From Limnothrix sp. BL-A-16 (lineage in GTDB: Bacteria > Cyanobacteriota > Cyanobacteriia > CACIAM-69d), in assembly GCA_041937175.2 (NCBI GenBank), contig CP166615.1, positions 544,001-608,000 of the forward strand: a stretch of DNA of 64,000 bases, read 5' to 3'. The first letter of the stretch is position 1; the number at the start of each line of letters is the position of its first letter. The translations under genes were made by a program, and so were the position numbers. This document shows positions 38,217 to 48,618 of this stretch, one piece after another. The notes beneath the pieces were generated by a model. That model was given only the letters and a program-made list of their open reading frames with translations. It was not told where the DNA came from and did no database searches.

Positions 38217-38915
38217 CTAGTCTATCTCGAGTAAGGTTTGAACCCAGCGCGGCGGCGGCGGCAACCGCAGGCCCAACCGCTCAAAGACGGCCCAGGAGAC
38301 CAAATGCACCGCGAACACATACACGGCTGCGTTGACCAGGATCATCAAAACCGTTGCCCCTTGAACTGCTCCCAGTTCCGGCCGCCAAAGCAGACCCAAC
38401 CGGGTGGCTCCCCACTCCAGCAAGCCGGTGACCTGTACGGTGACATAAGTCCACAGATCATCCCCGAGCAGGGTGGAAACCAACGCAATTCGGAAAAACA
38501 GCCCCGTGGCGCTCAGGAGCGTTCCCAGGGCAATGGAACGGCCCCAACCCACACCACGCCGCCATAGACAGCCTAGCAAGACCCCCAGAAGTCCATAGGG
38601 CATCACGTATTGGATGCTGCGAGGCGGGCCCATCAGCACCGATAGCAAGAGTCCGGACACAATGGCCGCCATCCAAGCCGATCGGGATCCCCATCGGAGG
38701 TATACCAAGGCGATCGGGAGGGAAAAAAAGACCCGCAGCGCCGGCCCAAGGGGGAAATAAAAATTGACTAACCAAATGAGGCTGGCGGCGCTGGCTAAGA
38801 AGGCCGTTTCCACCAGGGCTAGCGGGGCGATCGTGTCTTGGCGGGGAGGCTGAAGTGGGCGGTTCTCCGGCTCGGGGGGTAAATCGGCGGGCGATCGGGG
38901 AGGGGAAACAGTCAT
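38217..38915 (-). CDS. DUF2232-family membrane protein
   Basis: LVETAFLASAASLIWL...LLSVLMGPPRS; multiple TM helices. Confidence 0.8.
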   Translation of the reverse strand: MTVSPPRSPADLPPEPENRPLQPPRQDTIAPLALVETAFLASAASLIWLVNFYFPLGPALRVFFSLPIALVYLRWGSRSAWMAAIVSGLLLSVLMGPPRSIQYVMPYGLLGVLLGCLWRRGVGWGRSIALGTLLSATGLFFRIALVSTLLGDDLWTYVTVQVTGLLEWGATRLGLLWRPELGAVQGATVLMILVNAAVYVFAVHLVSWAVFERLGLRLPPPPRWVQTLLEID

Positions 38916-38958
38916 GGGCTGAATCGATTGATGAAGATGGGTGTGTGATCAAGTGGCC

Positions 38959-40311
38959 CTAGATCGCCCCGATCGGTTCCAAAGCTACCGTGCTCGATCG
39001 CCCCCACACCAGGCCTAAATAGCGTCGCCAACGGGTTCCAGCCACGGCATCGAGAGCATACCACCCACTGGCCAAGCATTGAAATGGTGATTGGGCGGCC
39101 AGTGCTTGATAGTCCGGATCCGCGAGGGAATTGGGAGCCAAACTCGGGTGGGGCAACAGACCGGGCGGAATTTCCCCCGCCAACAGTTGCTGAATCGATC
39201 GACGGCAGGTGCGGCCGTGAATGCCATCTTGGGCCAAGGCTTCCAAGAGTCGGTCGATCGGTTGGGGTTCCGGGGTCAAATGGCGCAACAGGGCCGCAAA
39301 CAGAAAGTAGTCATCATAGGGTTTGGCATCGTCCCAGGGCGGACAGTCCACCAGCCGACTCAACCCCATGGCCAGTCGTCCCAGGGGTTGGGAGGGGGGT
39401 TCCCAATGGAGCGTGGCGCTGGGGCATTTTTGACGAAGGTAATCCTGAATCATCCGGGTCGGTTCGCCCGATCGGGGTTCCTGGGCGATCGCGCCACGCA
39501 ACAAAACCCGTTCCACCTTTTGGGGCGCAATGCCCGACTGGGCCACCAAATGATTGAGGGCTGAATTCAGGGTCTCGATCCATTGGGGCCAACTGTGCCA
39601 TGGGCCAGTTAAGCCGTGGGTTTGGCCCAGTTGTCGGCCAAAGTCCCGATCGAGCAAGGTGATTTGGGTTAGGTGGGATGGGGTTACGGGAGCTTGGGTG
39701 GGCGATGGGTGAAGTGGCAGGTGATCTTGCAGCGCCAGATCAATCACCCAGCAGCAGCCCCAACCTTGTAGCCCATCCCATCCCAAGGCCGCCCCCAATC
39801 CTTCGGCCGCCGTCATCACCCGTTGACCATGGGTGACCAAGCCAGCCTTCAGCACCAGTTCTCGACTGTTGAACCGAAAGGCCTCCCCGGAGGGCACAGG
39901 ATAGCCCACCACCACATCCTCAACCGATCGCAGCACCTGGCTCGGCACAGGTTTTCCGGTGGCGGTAACCCAGGCGATCGCCGGATCCTGCAATCTTGCT
40001 AGGGACTCGGCTAGCGTCTCTAGCAATTGTGGCAAGGGCCGCAATTCACCGGCCCAGGAGACCAGGGGATGTGCTTGGCCCGTTTGGGGACTGCGGTAGG
40101 GCAATCCTGCATCCAACAGCAACCGAGAGCCGCCGGATCCCGGTGACTCCCAATCCAACAAACTCCAGGGTTGAGCGAAGGTTGCGCCACTGGCTTGGAC
40201 TTGACCGAGCAGCCCAACCCGATCGGACTGGCGATCTCGCAGGGCCGCTGCCCAGAGGCCGTCTCCTAAGCTAAGGCCCAAACACCAGCGCCCATCAGTC
40301 GATCGGCTCAT
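38959..40311 (-). CDS. Hypothetical protein, possibly a degenerate actin/Hsp70-like fold
   Basis: 450-aa ORF with an ATGA overlap to the upstream gene; N-terminal WCLGLSLG resembles a decayed GID phosphate-1 motif. Confidence 0.55.
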   Translation of the reverse strand: MSRSTDGRWCLGLSLGDGLWAAALRDRQSDRVGLLGQVQASGATFAQPWSLLDWESPGSGGSRLLLDAGLPYRSPQTGQAHPLVSWAGELRPLPQLLETLAESLARLQDPAIAWVTATGKPVPSQVLRSVEDVVVGYPVPSGEAFRFNSRELVLKAGLVTHGQRVMTAAEGLGAALGWDGLQGWGCCWVIDLALQDHLPLHPSPTQAPVTPSHLTQITLLDRDFGRQLGQTHGLTGPWHSWPQWIETLNSALNHLVAQSGIAPQKVERVLLRGAIAQEPRSGEPTRMIQDYLRQKCPSATLHWEPPSQPLGRLAMGLSRLVDCPPWDDAKPYDDYFLFAALLRHLTPEPQPIDRLLEALAQDGIHGRTCRRSIQQLLAGEIPPGLLPHPSLAPNSLADPDYQALAAQSPFQCLASGWYALDAVAGTRWRRYLGLVWGRSSTVALEPIGAI

Positions 40312-43300
40312 TCCTTCTTGGTTTCGTCCAGGTCTGTATCCGCCAGCAGGGATTCCGCCAGCAGCGCATCCAGCTCTGGATCCAGTTCGCCCAAGGGGGA
40401 AACCGCTGACTCACCAAATTCCGTTAGGGCCGCATCGAAGGCCGTCGGGTCAAAATCAGTCCCACCGGTCAAATCTAGGGCGATCGGATCCAATGAGCCA
40501 TCCGTTGACGCATTGGGCAGCTCAAAGGCTGCCATTCCCATGTCAAGGGCTTGATCCAGGCTGCTGATTTCCAGGGGATTCGCCGTCACATCATCCAGCG
40601 ACAGCGGCTCACCCATGGCCTCATCAAAGGAAGGTAGATCCAAATCCAGCGGATCCAAACCGGCCAGCGGCTCTGCGTTGGTTGTGGCCCCGTCGCCAAA
40701 GCCGAGATCCTCAGCCTCAGCATTGAAATCTAGAAGGGAAGGGGCGATCGCCCCATCATCCGTGGCCTCCCCCATCTCCAACAGCAGGTTATCCATCTCC
40801 AGCGGTGCAGCATCTCCTTCCGGGGCGATCGGGGGCGTGGAATCCGCGGCCCAATCAAAATCGCCTGCGCTGGCTTCTGCGGCCAGGTTGAGATCCGAGC
40901 CGAGATCCAGATCGGCAGCGAAGTCCGATTCATCCTCAGCGACAAGTTCCGGCAGTTCCAAACCTGAGTCATTGGCAAACTCCAGGAGCGGATCGTCATT
41001 GGCTTCACCAACCACCGCCAAGAAATCAGGATCCGCATCGGTTTCCAGATTGGTCTCCAAGTCCGCCAAGGGATTGAACTCCGTGGATCCCAAATCGGCC
41101 CCTAGACCCGGGTTGAAGTCAGCGCTGAAATCTGGCTCTAAACCCAAATCATCACCCACCTCATCGCTCAGCCCCTCGATGCCGAACGCCGTCCTGGGAT
41201 CGTCGCCCAAATCCTCGATCGGGGAATCCAGGTCATCGCCAAAGTCTAGAGACTCCAGGGATGCTGGTTGCTCTTCAGCTTCAGCGGCCGTTGACGGTTG
41301 ATCGCTGAACTCCACGAAATAGGCAGCAAGATCACTGGACTCCTCTGGATCAGCGACATTGGAATCGCTGGCGTTGTCTAAGTCAGTCCATGCGTCAGTC
41401 ATGAATTGACCTAACTCCATGGGAGCGCTGATGCTTGGATTGTCGGCGTTGCCTAGATCGGTCCATGCGTCAGGGGTCGCCGTCTCCGTGGCCAAGTCCT
41501 CGGCGGTCAAATTCTGCTCAACGGCCGGTTCCGCCAAGGCCGCTTCCCAATCCACCTGCTCAGGAAGATTGAGGGCTGCGTCGGTTTCCAGTTCCGGTGA
41601 CTCTGCTGTGGCCTCGAAATCCAGGGCATTGCCAAAAGCGTTGCTGATGTCACCAAAACTCAGGTCATCGCGCAACCCCGCGATCGCCTCTAAACCGGCA
41701 TCGAAGGGATCACTTTGGGTTTGTTCATCCGCTGGTAAGGACAGATCCAAACCCAAGTCGCCCACAGCAGCCGACTCGGCTGGGAATGCCTCTGCAAATT
41801 CGTTCGGCAACGAGGGTTCCGATGAGTCCAGCGGATCGGAAGACCAGTCCAGATCTGGGGTTTCCAGAGACTCAAGGGCTGCATCCCCGGAGCTGGCGAT
41901 CGCAAAATCGGTTGCTTCCGAGGTCAAATCGATCACGGAACCGATGGCCGCGTCGGTCGTGAAATCATTGGGTTCCTCGATCGCCTCATCCACCGGCAAA
42001 TCCAAACCCGGCAGCAGATCATCGCCAAAGTCTGCGCCAAAATCAGCCCCGGAACCGTCGTCCGGCAATACCAAATCGCCTACATCCGACCCTTCGGATG
42101 CCAACTCGGGTTCCAAGGCTGGCTGATTCGCCTCGCCATCCCAGAAATCAAACGTTACTTCCGCTTCGGTCTCTTCGATCGGTTGCCCCTGGTCGGAGGT
42201 CAACAGGCTACCGATGGGGGCGGCCAAGAATGCCAGGTTCTCGAAATCTGGGGTGTTGGGTTCGTCGGCCGGAGTGGACAGATCGAGATCCGCGCCCAAG
42301 TCTGTGCCCAAGGCCGCTGCCAGATCCGATCCTGGGTCGTCAGCCAGATCAGCGGCCAAGTCCAAATCATTCAGATCACCACCCAGCTCACTCGCTCCAT
42401 CGCCCTCCAGTTCGATGGCTCCCAGGTCAGCGACTCCAAAGTCTGCCAAGTCGCCCTTGTCCGGGTCAGCCTCCAAGCCCAGGGGGAGCGATTCAATATT
42501 GCCGGATAGGTCGATCGCCCCGAGGTCGCTGTCACTGGCCACATCTAGCGTGAGGTCAAGGCCGAGGTCATCATCCGCCGCGCCTCCCAGGAGTTCTGCT
42601 GGGGCCGCCGATTCCGCGGCCAGCAGATCTGAAGGCTCATCGGACCAGGATCCTTCAAACCCGGGCGTTTCTTCTGCCACGAAGCGGGTGTCGGGTGTGC
42701 CGTCGAAGGCAGACATCAACTCCGGCTCTAGTTCGATCGCTGGGTCAAGATCTTGCGCGAAAAGATCATCCTCGGACTGATCTAGCGACGGCTCAGGCAG
42801 TTGGCCAAAAGATTCCTCAAGGGGTTGCTCAAAAGATTGGTCAAACTGATTGAGCGGATTGAGCGGATCAAAGGTGGCAACGGCTTCCGGCGGGGGCAAT
42901 TCCAAAGTACTGGGAGCGATCGAGCTTTCGATCGGCTGTTCCTCTTCCTCCACTTGCCAGAAGGAATCTTCGATGGACGGGGCGATCGACTCCAGATCAT
43001 CACTGACCCCAGCATCACTGGGTTGCTGCCAAGCGGCCAGCTCCGCCCGCAAATCACCGCCCAAATCTTCCGACTCGGAAGCCAATTCGGCGGCCAGCGG
43101 CGGTAACTCCGGCTCCGGATCCAGCCCAAGACCGAAATCCAGACCAGCGCTGGGGTCAGGCTCGGAGGGGAATGCTTGAGCAAACTCTGAATCCTCGGCA
43201 TCGGGTTCCAGGGATGGAACGTCATTCCCCAAATCCCAAGCATCGGTCGGCTCAAGGGGCGAGCTACCCGCATCCGGGGCTTCCACCGCAATTTGATCCC

Positions 43301-45416
43301 ACTGGCTCACATCCTCGGCCAGGTCTGCATCACCCGTGAGTTCCGAGTCCAGCCAAGGTTCCGGCAAAACGCTATCGGCGGGGGCGGCCGCTTCCAAATC
43401 CGGCTCCACCGACCAATCCTCAAGCCCTGCGAGGGGGCTAAATTCACGGGCGGCGGCCGCTTCGATCGCCTCCGGTGCAGCAGTTGGCTCCCCGATCGCC
43501 TCAAAATTCACCTCTGAAGGGAGGTCTAACCCCAGCGCCGGGCTGGGCCCATCCAGATCCAAGCCGTCGGCCGTTGCGAACGAACCTCCACCGCCGCTAA
43601 AGCTGCTCAAATCTGCCGTAGCGGTGGATTCCGCTTGCCAAGGCAGATCCAGGTTGGTGACCTCGCTGGCAATATCCACCGCGTCGATGATGTCCGCCGG
43701 GGATTGGCCCTCGGGCAAAGAGGGGCTGTCGCTGAGATCCGGCTCTGCGCCGTAATCGAGAGAGGGGGGCGGGGCGATCGCATCCAGGGCGATCGGCAGG
43801 TCTGCGGGCGGGAGGGCGGCTTCGACTGAAGCGGCCACACCCAGCAAGCCAACGCCGGCCACGGTTGTCCCCGTCACGGCGGCCAGGGGATCCCAATCGC
43901 TTGGGTTGGCATCATCTGAGGCTGAATCGCCCGGGGCGGTGGTTTCCGGCTCCACGGGGTCATCAAACCGGAAGATGGCATCCACATCCGAGAAAATTTC
44001 CTCCTCGGAGCCGATCCAGGTGGGATCGCTGGTTTCCAGGTCGTCGCTGGCGGCTGGGGCGGGCGCTTCGGTGGCGATCGCTGGTTCCGTGGTGGGCGAG
44101 TCGATCGCCTCGTCCAGTCCGGCTACTGAATCTCCCGTCGCGATCGACTCCGTTGTTAAGGGCGGCAGATCCAGGGCATTGAAATCAATGTCGCCATCGG
44201 GAGCGAGCATGGGATCCGGTTCGGTGCCCAAAGTGGCCGCTGAGTCAGGGTGGCCCTCAACTGGGGCGATCGTGCTCAGATCTGCCGTGGGGTCATGGGC
44301 CGTGGAGTCGATCGCCAGGTCTAGATCCAAATCCAGCGCATCCGGCACTTGGCCAGCCTCGGCCGTGGCCAGCGCCCCCCCCTGTTCAGTGGCCTCAGGT
44401 TCACCGAAACCCGAACTCCCCGCCCAGTCCGACGCGGCATCGGCGGGTAAGTCATAGTTCAGATCCAAATCGAGGGGCGCTGCTTCCGTAGCGTCGGCGG
44501 GGTCTGCGGTGGCCGCAGCCGTGGCCGCGATCGCCCCACCCCCCAGGGCCGACAGGGCCAAACTGGTGGCGATCGCCGATGAGCGTTCGTCGGCCGCGTT
44601 CGTCGCCTCGGAACGGCCCTCGATCGCGGCCTCGTCGGCCGGCAAATCGCGGCCCAGGGCCGAAGCCAATCGACTGAGCCAATGGTCGAGCACTGCCTCG
44701 CTCTCTTCGCCCAGCACATGCATCCGCTCCAGGGCCGCATTCAGGGCCTCTTCGTAGCGCTGCGAATTGGATTGCAGGGTGCTGGTGATGGCGTTTAGGG
44801 TTGTTTGCAAATGCTCCAGAATGTTGCTGGCGGAGCTATCCAGTTCCGTGAGGTCTTGGTCACTAGGGGCCGCTTCCTTGCGGGCCACAAGCTGCGAAAC
44901 TTGGTCAGTGATGCTGGTTTGCAGGCGATCGCGCACTTGCTGCAAAAAGTCACCAATGATCTGTTCTTGGTTCGCCTGCTGCTGGGCCAAGGATTGGTAA
45001 TACTGGCGCTGGTTTTCCAGTTGGGCAATTTCTTCGCTCAGGATTTGGCGCTGTTGACGCAGAGACTCCAAATCCGACTGGATTGGGGCGATCGCCCCTT
45101 GGCGCAGTTGGTCAATCTCCTGCTGCATCGATCGCAGCAGCCCTTGGGCCAAGGCTTGCACGGTGGTGGTGGCCGGTGGTTCCGTTTGCAAGTCCGGCGC
45201 GAGCGCATCCCAAGACTGCTGAACCCACAGGGCCTCATCGATCGCTACCTCACCGGCATCCGTGGTCGGAGTCGCCAATTGGGTTAAACGACTTCGCACC
45301 TGCTCGATTAAGGCTCGGGGCGCTTGAACCTGCGTTGTATCGTTACCAGCCGCAGCAAGAGCCGCGTCTAGGTCGGCCAAAAGGCTTTTAATTTCCAAGT
45401 CTTGATCGAGCGTCAC
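40308..45416 (-). CDS. Giant acidic low-complexity protein with N-terminal coiled coil
   Basis: 1702-aa ORF; Q/L/E heptad region in roughly the first 250 aa, then D/E/A/L/P-rich with almost no K/R. Confidence 0.8.
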   Translation of the reverse strand: MTLDQDLEIKSLLADLDAALAAAGNDTTQVQAPRALIEQVRSRLTQLATPTTDAGEVAIDEALWVQQSWDALAPDLQTEPPATTTVQALAQGLLRSMQQEIDQLRQGAIAPIQSDLESLRQQRQILSEEIAQLENQRQYYQSLAQQQANQEQIIGDFLQQVRDRLQTSITDQVSQLVARKEAAPSDQDLTELDSSASNILEHLQTTLNAITSTLQSNSQRYEEALNAALERMHVLGEESEAVLDHWLSRLASALGRDLPADEAAIEGRSEATNAADERSSAIATSLALSALGGGAIAATAAATADPADATEAAPLDLDLNYDLPADAASDWAGSSGFGEPEATEQGGALATAEAGQVPDALDLDLDLAIDSTAHDPTADLSTIAPVEGHPDSAATLGTEPDPMLAPDGDIDFNALDLPPLTTESIATGDSVAGLDEAIDSPTTEPAIATEAPAPAASDDLETSDPTWIGSEEEIFSDVDAIFRFDDPVEPETTAPGDSASDDANPSDWDPLAAVTGTTVAGVGLLGVAASVEAALPPADLPIALDAIAPPPSLDYGAEPDLSDSPSLPEGQSPADIIDAVDIASEVTNLDLPWQAESTATADLSSFSGGGGSFATADGLDLDGPSPALGLDLPSEVNFEAIGEPTAAPEAIEAAAAREFSPLAGLEDWSVEPDLEAAAPADSVLPEPWLDSELTGDADLAEDVSQWDQIAVEAPDAGSSPLEPTDAWDLGNDVPSLEPDAEDSEFAQAFPSEPDPSAGLDFGLGLDPEPELPPLAAELASESEDLGGDLRAELAAWQQPSDAGVSDDLESIAPSIEDSFWQVEEEEQPIESSIAPSTLELPPPEAVATFDPLNPLNQFDQSFEQPLEESFGQLPEPSLDQSEDDLFAQDLDPAIELEPELMSAFDGTPDTRFVAEETPGFEGSWSDEPSDLLAAESAAPAELLGGAADDDLGLDLTLDVASDSDLGAIDLSGNIESLPLGLEADPDKGDLADFGVADLGAIELEGDGASELGGDLNDLDLAADLADDPGSDLAAALGTDLGADLDLSTPADEPNTPDFENLAFLAAPIGSLLTSDQGQPIEETEAEVTFDFWDGEANQPALEPELASEGSDVGDLVLPDDGSGADFGADFGDDLLPGLDLPVDEAIEEPNDFTTDAAIGSVIDLTSEATDFAIASSGDAALESLETPDLDWSSDPLDSSEPSLPNEFAEAFPAESAAVGDLGLDLSLPADEQTQSDPFDAGLEAIAGLRDDLSFGDISNAFGNALDFEATAESPELETDAALNLPEQVDWEAALAEPAVEQNLTAEDLATETATPDAWTDLGNADNPSISAPMELGQFMTDAWTDLDNASDSNVADPEESSDLAAYFVEFSDQPSTAAEAEEQPASLESLDFGDDLDSPIEDLGDDPRTAFGIEGLSDEVGDDLGLEPDFSADFNPGLGADLGSTEFNPLADLETNLETDADPDFLAVVGEANDDPLLEFANDSGLELPELVAEDESDFAADLDLGSDLNLAAEASAGDFDWAADSTPPIAPEGDAAPLEMDNLLLEMGEATDDGAIAPSLLDFNAEAEDLGFGDGATTNAEPLAGLDPLDLDLPSFDEAMGEPLSLDDVTANPLEISSLDQALDMGMAAFELPNASTDGSLDPIALDLTGGTDFDPTAFDAALTEFGESAVSPLGELDPELDALLAESLLADTDLDETKKE

Positions 45417-45456
45417 GACGACAAACCCTTACCCAAACGTTTTGGTTACAGCGCTG

Positions 45457-45520
45457 TTGACATCTTCTCCACCCCTGATGGGCGGCGATTCCCGAGCCTC
45501 GCGAGTCGGGTTCCTGCTTC
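45457..45520 (-). mobile_element. Orphan IS200/IS605 right-end / TnpB omegaRNA-like remnant
   Basis: Minus strand reads GAAGCAGGAACCC...GGGAATCGCCGCCCATCAGGGGTGGAGAAGATGTCAA: subterminal hairpin plus TCAA end; no tnpA or tnpB nearby. Confidence 0.55.
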
Positions 45521-46183
45521 TTTCCGTTACGGCTTCTCTAAATCATGGCTGCGACTCGCCAGCGAACGCGGCAATCAGGAGGCTTCCTGCTTTATTGCGG
45601 CGAAGTCGGCTTCATCCGCTCAATCACCGTTGATTAACCCTTACGTTCTAACAGCTACAACCCCAGACATCAACCAACGCGCCGGTCAGCCGCTGCCTTT
45701 GTCCCTTTTGGGTCTTGTTAAATATCCCTGGGCGCGGGTGCGATCGCCCTGCCCATTGATGAGCGATCGCGCTGGGTCGCTTGAAGGGGGGATAGTACCG
45801 TTGATTAACCCCAAAGAAGGTCAGAGAACCACGATGGCCCCAAAGGAGGGCATGGTCACCGCCAGGCGCGGTTGTCCTTGCGCTCAATTCACGCCTACTT
45901 TGCTGGTGGTTTTGCGATTTTTTAACTATCTTTAACAACTGACCGGTGGCCGATCGGCGGTCAATCTTAACCTCTAACTGGGTCTCTCATGCAATTCCGA
46001 TGGGGTGGCGATTCCGGTGGGCTGTAATTCGTCCTGATCAACCCAATCATTTGCTTTTGGCGGCGAGGGCCTTGAAACTAGAGACCAAGGCTTGGCATGA
46101 GGGAGAGAGAAAGTGCTAGGTCTAAAGGTTAGGCGTAAGGTTAGGTATTGATTAATGTTCGTAATTTTGGAGACGATCGCGTC

Positions 46184-46645
46184 ATGAATAGCTGTGTGTT
46201 GATGGCAGAGGTGGTGAAGGATCCCGAACTGCGCTACACGCCGGATAACTTGGCGATCGCGGAGATGTTGGTGCAATTTCCGGGGCAGCGCCCTGAAGAT
46301 CCGTCCGCGACGATTAAGGCGGTGGGGTTTGGCAATTTGGCCAATGAAATTCAGCAGTCTTGCCATCAGGGCGATCGGGTGATTTTGGAAGGCCGACTCA
46401 CCATGACCACGATTGATCGTCCCGAAGGGTTTAAGGAAAAACGGGCCGAGTTGCGGGTGGGCCGCGTTCACAGCCTGGGATCGCTGGCCAGCTCGGCCAT
46501 GGCCGCCCCCGTGGCCCCGCCCACCAATGCCAGCTATCGATCGGCTCCGCCGCCGGCCGCCACCGTGCCGCCCCGTTCGGCCCCGGCTCCGACCCCGGCT
46601 CCGGCTCCGAGTGATGACCTGGATTATGATGAAATTCCGTTTTAA
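46184..46645 (+). CDS. ssb: Single-stranded DNA-binding protein
   Basis: PELRYTPD, GDRVILEGRL, acidic C-terminus DYDEIPF. Confidence 0.92.
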   Translation: MNSCVLMAEVVKDPELRYTPDNLAIAEMLVQFPGQRPEDPSATIKAVGFGNLANEIQQSCHQGDRVILEGRLTMTTIDRPEGFKEKRAELRVGRVHSLGSLASSAMAAPVAPPTNASYRSAPPPAATVPPRSAPAPTPAPAPSDDLDYDEIPF

Positions 46646-46729
46646 CGAGTTGAATTCAGTCAAATTTAGTTGAATTTAGTTGAATTCAAAGGTTCAAACT
46701 TTCGGAGTTGAACTCCTTGAATCAGGCCC

Positions 46730-47923
46730 TCAGGCTACGATCTCGCCCGATCGCACCGTCAGCACCTGGGCCGAATCCAGCCAGCGAGCATCAAAGGCTC
46801 CCAGGTGCGTGGTGGTGACAATGGTTTGAAACCGATCGGCGATCGCCCCCAATAATTGGTTTTGGCGGGCTAAGTCCAGTTCCGCCAACACGTCATCTAA
46901 CAGCAACAACGGCGGTTCCCCCACCACGGCCTCGATCGCGCAAAGTTCCGCCAGCTTCAGCGCCAAAACTAACGTGCGTTGTTGCCCTTGGGAGCCGTAC
47001 TGTTTGGCCGGGGCATCATCCACCGCCAGGATCACTTCGTCCCGGTGGGGGCCCACCAGGGATGTGCCTTGGTATTGCTCAATGTCTGCCCGATCGCGCA
47101 TTTGGGCCAGCAAGGTGGCTTCAATGGCCCGCGCTTCTTCCAGGGCCGGCAACTGCCACACATCCGGCACGATCGCCACATTTGGCGCGTAGGTAATCGT
47201 CAGGGTTTCCACGCGGCCGCTAATGGCCCCATGCCAACGACTGGCCAAGGGGGCTAACCGAGCGATCGCCCTGGCTCGCCGTCGAATTAGTCGGGTTCCC
47301 GTAGCCGCCAATTGCGCATCCCAAACGGCCAACTCCGCCGCCCGATCGCTCAGGGCCTGCCCCTGGCGGCGTTGCTTGGCCCAATCCCGCAGCAGGGCAT
47401 TCCGTTGGCGTAACACCCGCTCGTATTGGCGCAGCAGGTGCGCATAGATTGGCTCCAGTTGCATCACCAAGCCATCTAACCAACGGCGGCGCTGTTCCGG
47501 CCCGCCCCGCACCAAATCCAGATCCAGACTGGAAAATTCCACCGCATTCAGGGATCCCAGCCCGTCCAATTGTCGCCGCAGGGTTTCGCCACTCCGTACC
47601 AGGGTGCGTCTGCCCACCCGTCGCAGACTCAAGCTCAGTTCCAGGGGCCCCGCTGCCCGATCGATCCAACCGGTAATTTGGGCGCAGTCTTGGGCCGATC
47701 GCACCAAGTCTCCATCTCGGCTGGTGCGGTGCGATCGCAGGGTGGCCAACAACTCCACCGCCTCCAAGAGGTTGGATTTGCCCTGGGCATTGTCTCCCAC
47801 CAAAATCGTCTTGGGTGCAACAAATTCAACCCACTGCTCGGCATAGTTCCGAAACTGGCGCAGATGCAGACGCTGGAGATACACGACGGCGACCGGGGCG
47901 ATCGAAAAGAACCCAACCATCAA
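46730..47923 (-). CDS. recF: DNA replication/repair protein RecF
   Basis: [40 protein letters not shown]. Confidence 0.96.
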   Translation of the reverse strand: MMVGFFSIAPVAVVYLQRLHLRQFRNYAEQWVEFVAPKTILVGDNAQGKSNLLEAVELLATLRSHRTSRDGDLVRSAQDCAQITGWIDRAAGPLELSLSLRRVGRRTLVRSGETLRRQLDGLGSLNAVEFSSLDLDLVRGGPEQRRRWLDGLVMQLEPIYAHLLRQYERVLRQRNALLRDWAKQRRQGQALSDRAAELAVWDAQLAATGTRLIRRRARAIARLAPLASRWHGAISGRVETLTITYAPNVAIVPDVWQLPALEEARAIEATLLAQMRDRADIEQYQGTSLVGPHRDEVILAVDDAPAKQYGSQGQQRTLVLALKLAELCAIEAVVGEPPLLLLDDVLAELDLARQNQLLGAIADRFQTIVTTTHLGAFDARWLDSAQVLTVRSGEIVA

Positions 47924-48084
47924 AACACCAAACGTCCTCTCCCACGCGCCGCAAGTTCGTTGTGCCGGTGCAAACCCGTTCGCTCGGGGGACTGAAGCCT
48001 ACGCTGCTAACGAATACTCCAATGAGCACTCACTCCAATGAGCACTCAATAAGCACTCATTAGATATCTAGATATCTCCTAGGA

Positions 48085-48609
48085 TCACTTGTGGCGGGCC
48101 GCACGAATTACATGGGGCAATACACCGACGGCCGCCGCTAAGACTTGATCGGGTAACTTGTCAATATCAGGGCGATCGAAAAATTCTTCAAACTGATCCA
48201 GCAGCTTGCGGGCCCGCTGCTTAGCATCACCCCGTGCCGTGAATCGTTCCACCAACTTCAGCCATTGCAACCGAATTCGATAGCCTGTTTCCTGCTCCTT
48301 CAGAGACTTGGGCAGCAACAGCTCAAAATCTCCCAATGGAATCACCGCCTGACAGTCTTGATCCACCAGACCGCCCACCGCCGCCCCGGGCCCCGCAAAT
48401 TCAGCATAAAATTCCTTGATCAACAACAGGCCATTGCGACGGCGGTTGTTGACAATCCAAACCTGACCACTCAGAACACGGCCGAGGGGCGATTCGGGGT
48501 TGATCGGATCGAGGGGGGGTGGGTCAAGCTGAAACACAGAGGCGGCGTGGGACGAGTCTCGGTGGGCGGCGACTGAAAAACGATCGGGAGAGAGAGAGAG
48601 GCGAATCAC
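48085..48609 (-). CDS. Conserved cyanobacterial hypothetical protein
   Basis: NNRRRNGL...AEFAGPGAAVG; C-terminal helix-turn-helix-like LAAAVGVLP. Confidence 0.6.
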   Translation of the reverse strand: MIRLSLSPDRFSVAAHRDSSHAASVFQLDPPPLDPINPESPLGRVLSGQVWIVNNRRRNGLLLIKEFYAEFAGPGAAVGGLVDQDCQAVIPLGDFELLLPKSLKEQETGYRIRLQWLKLVERFTARGDAKQRARKLLDQFEEFFDRPDIDKLPDQVLAAAVGVLPHVIRAARHK

Positions 48610-48618
48610 GGTCGTAGC

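Noticed and set aside
45402..45938. ORFs in the spacer as transposase/TnpB fragments
   Set aside because: No RuvC, zinc-finger or HUH motifs in the translations
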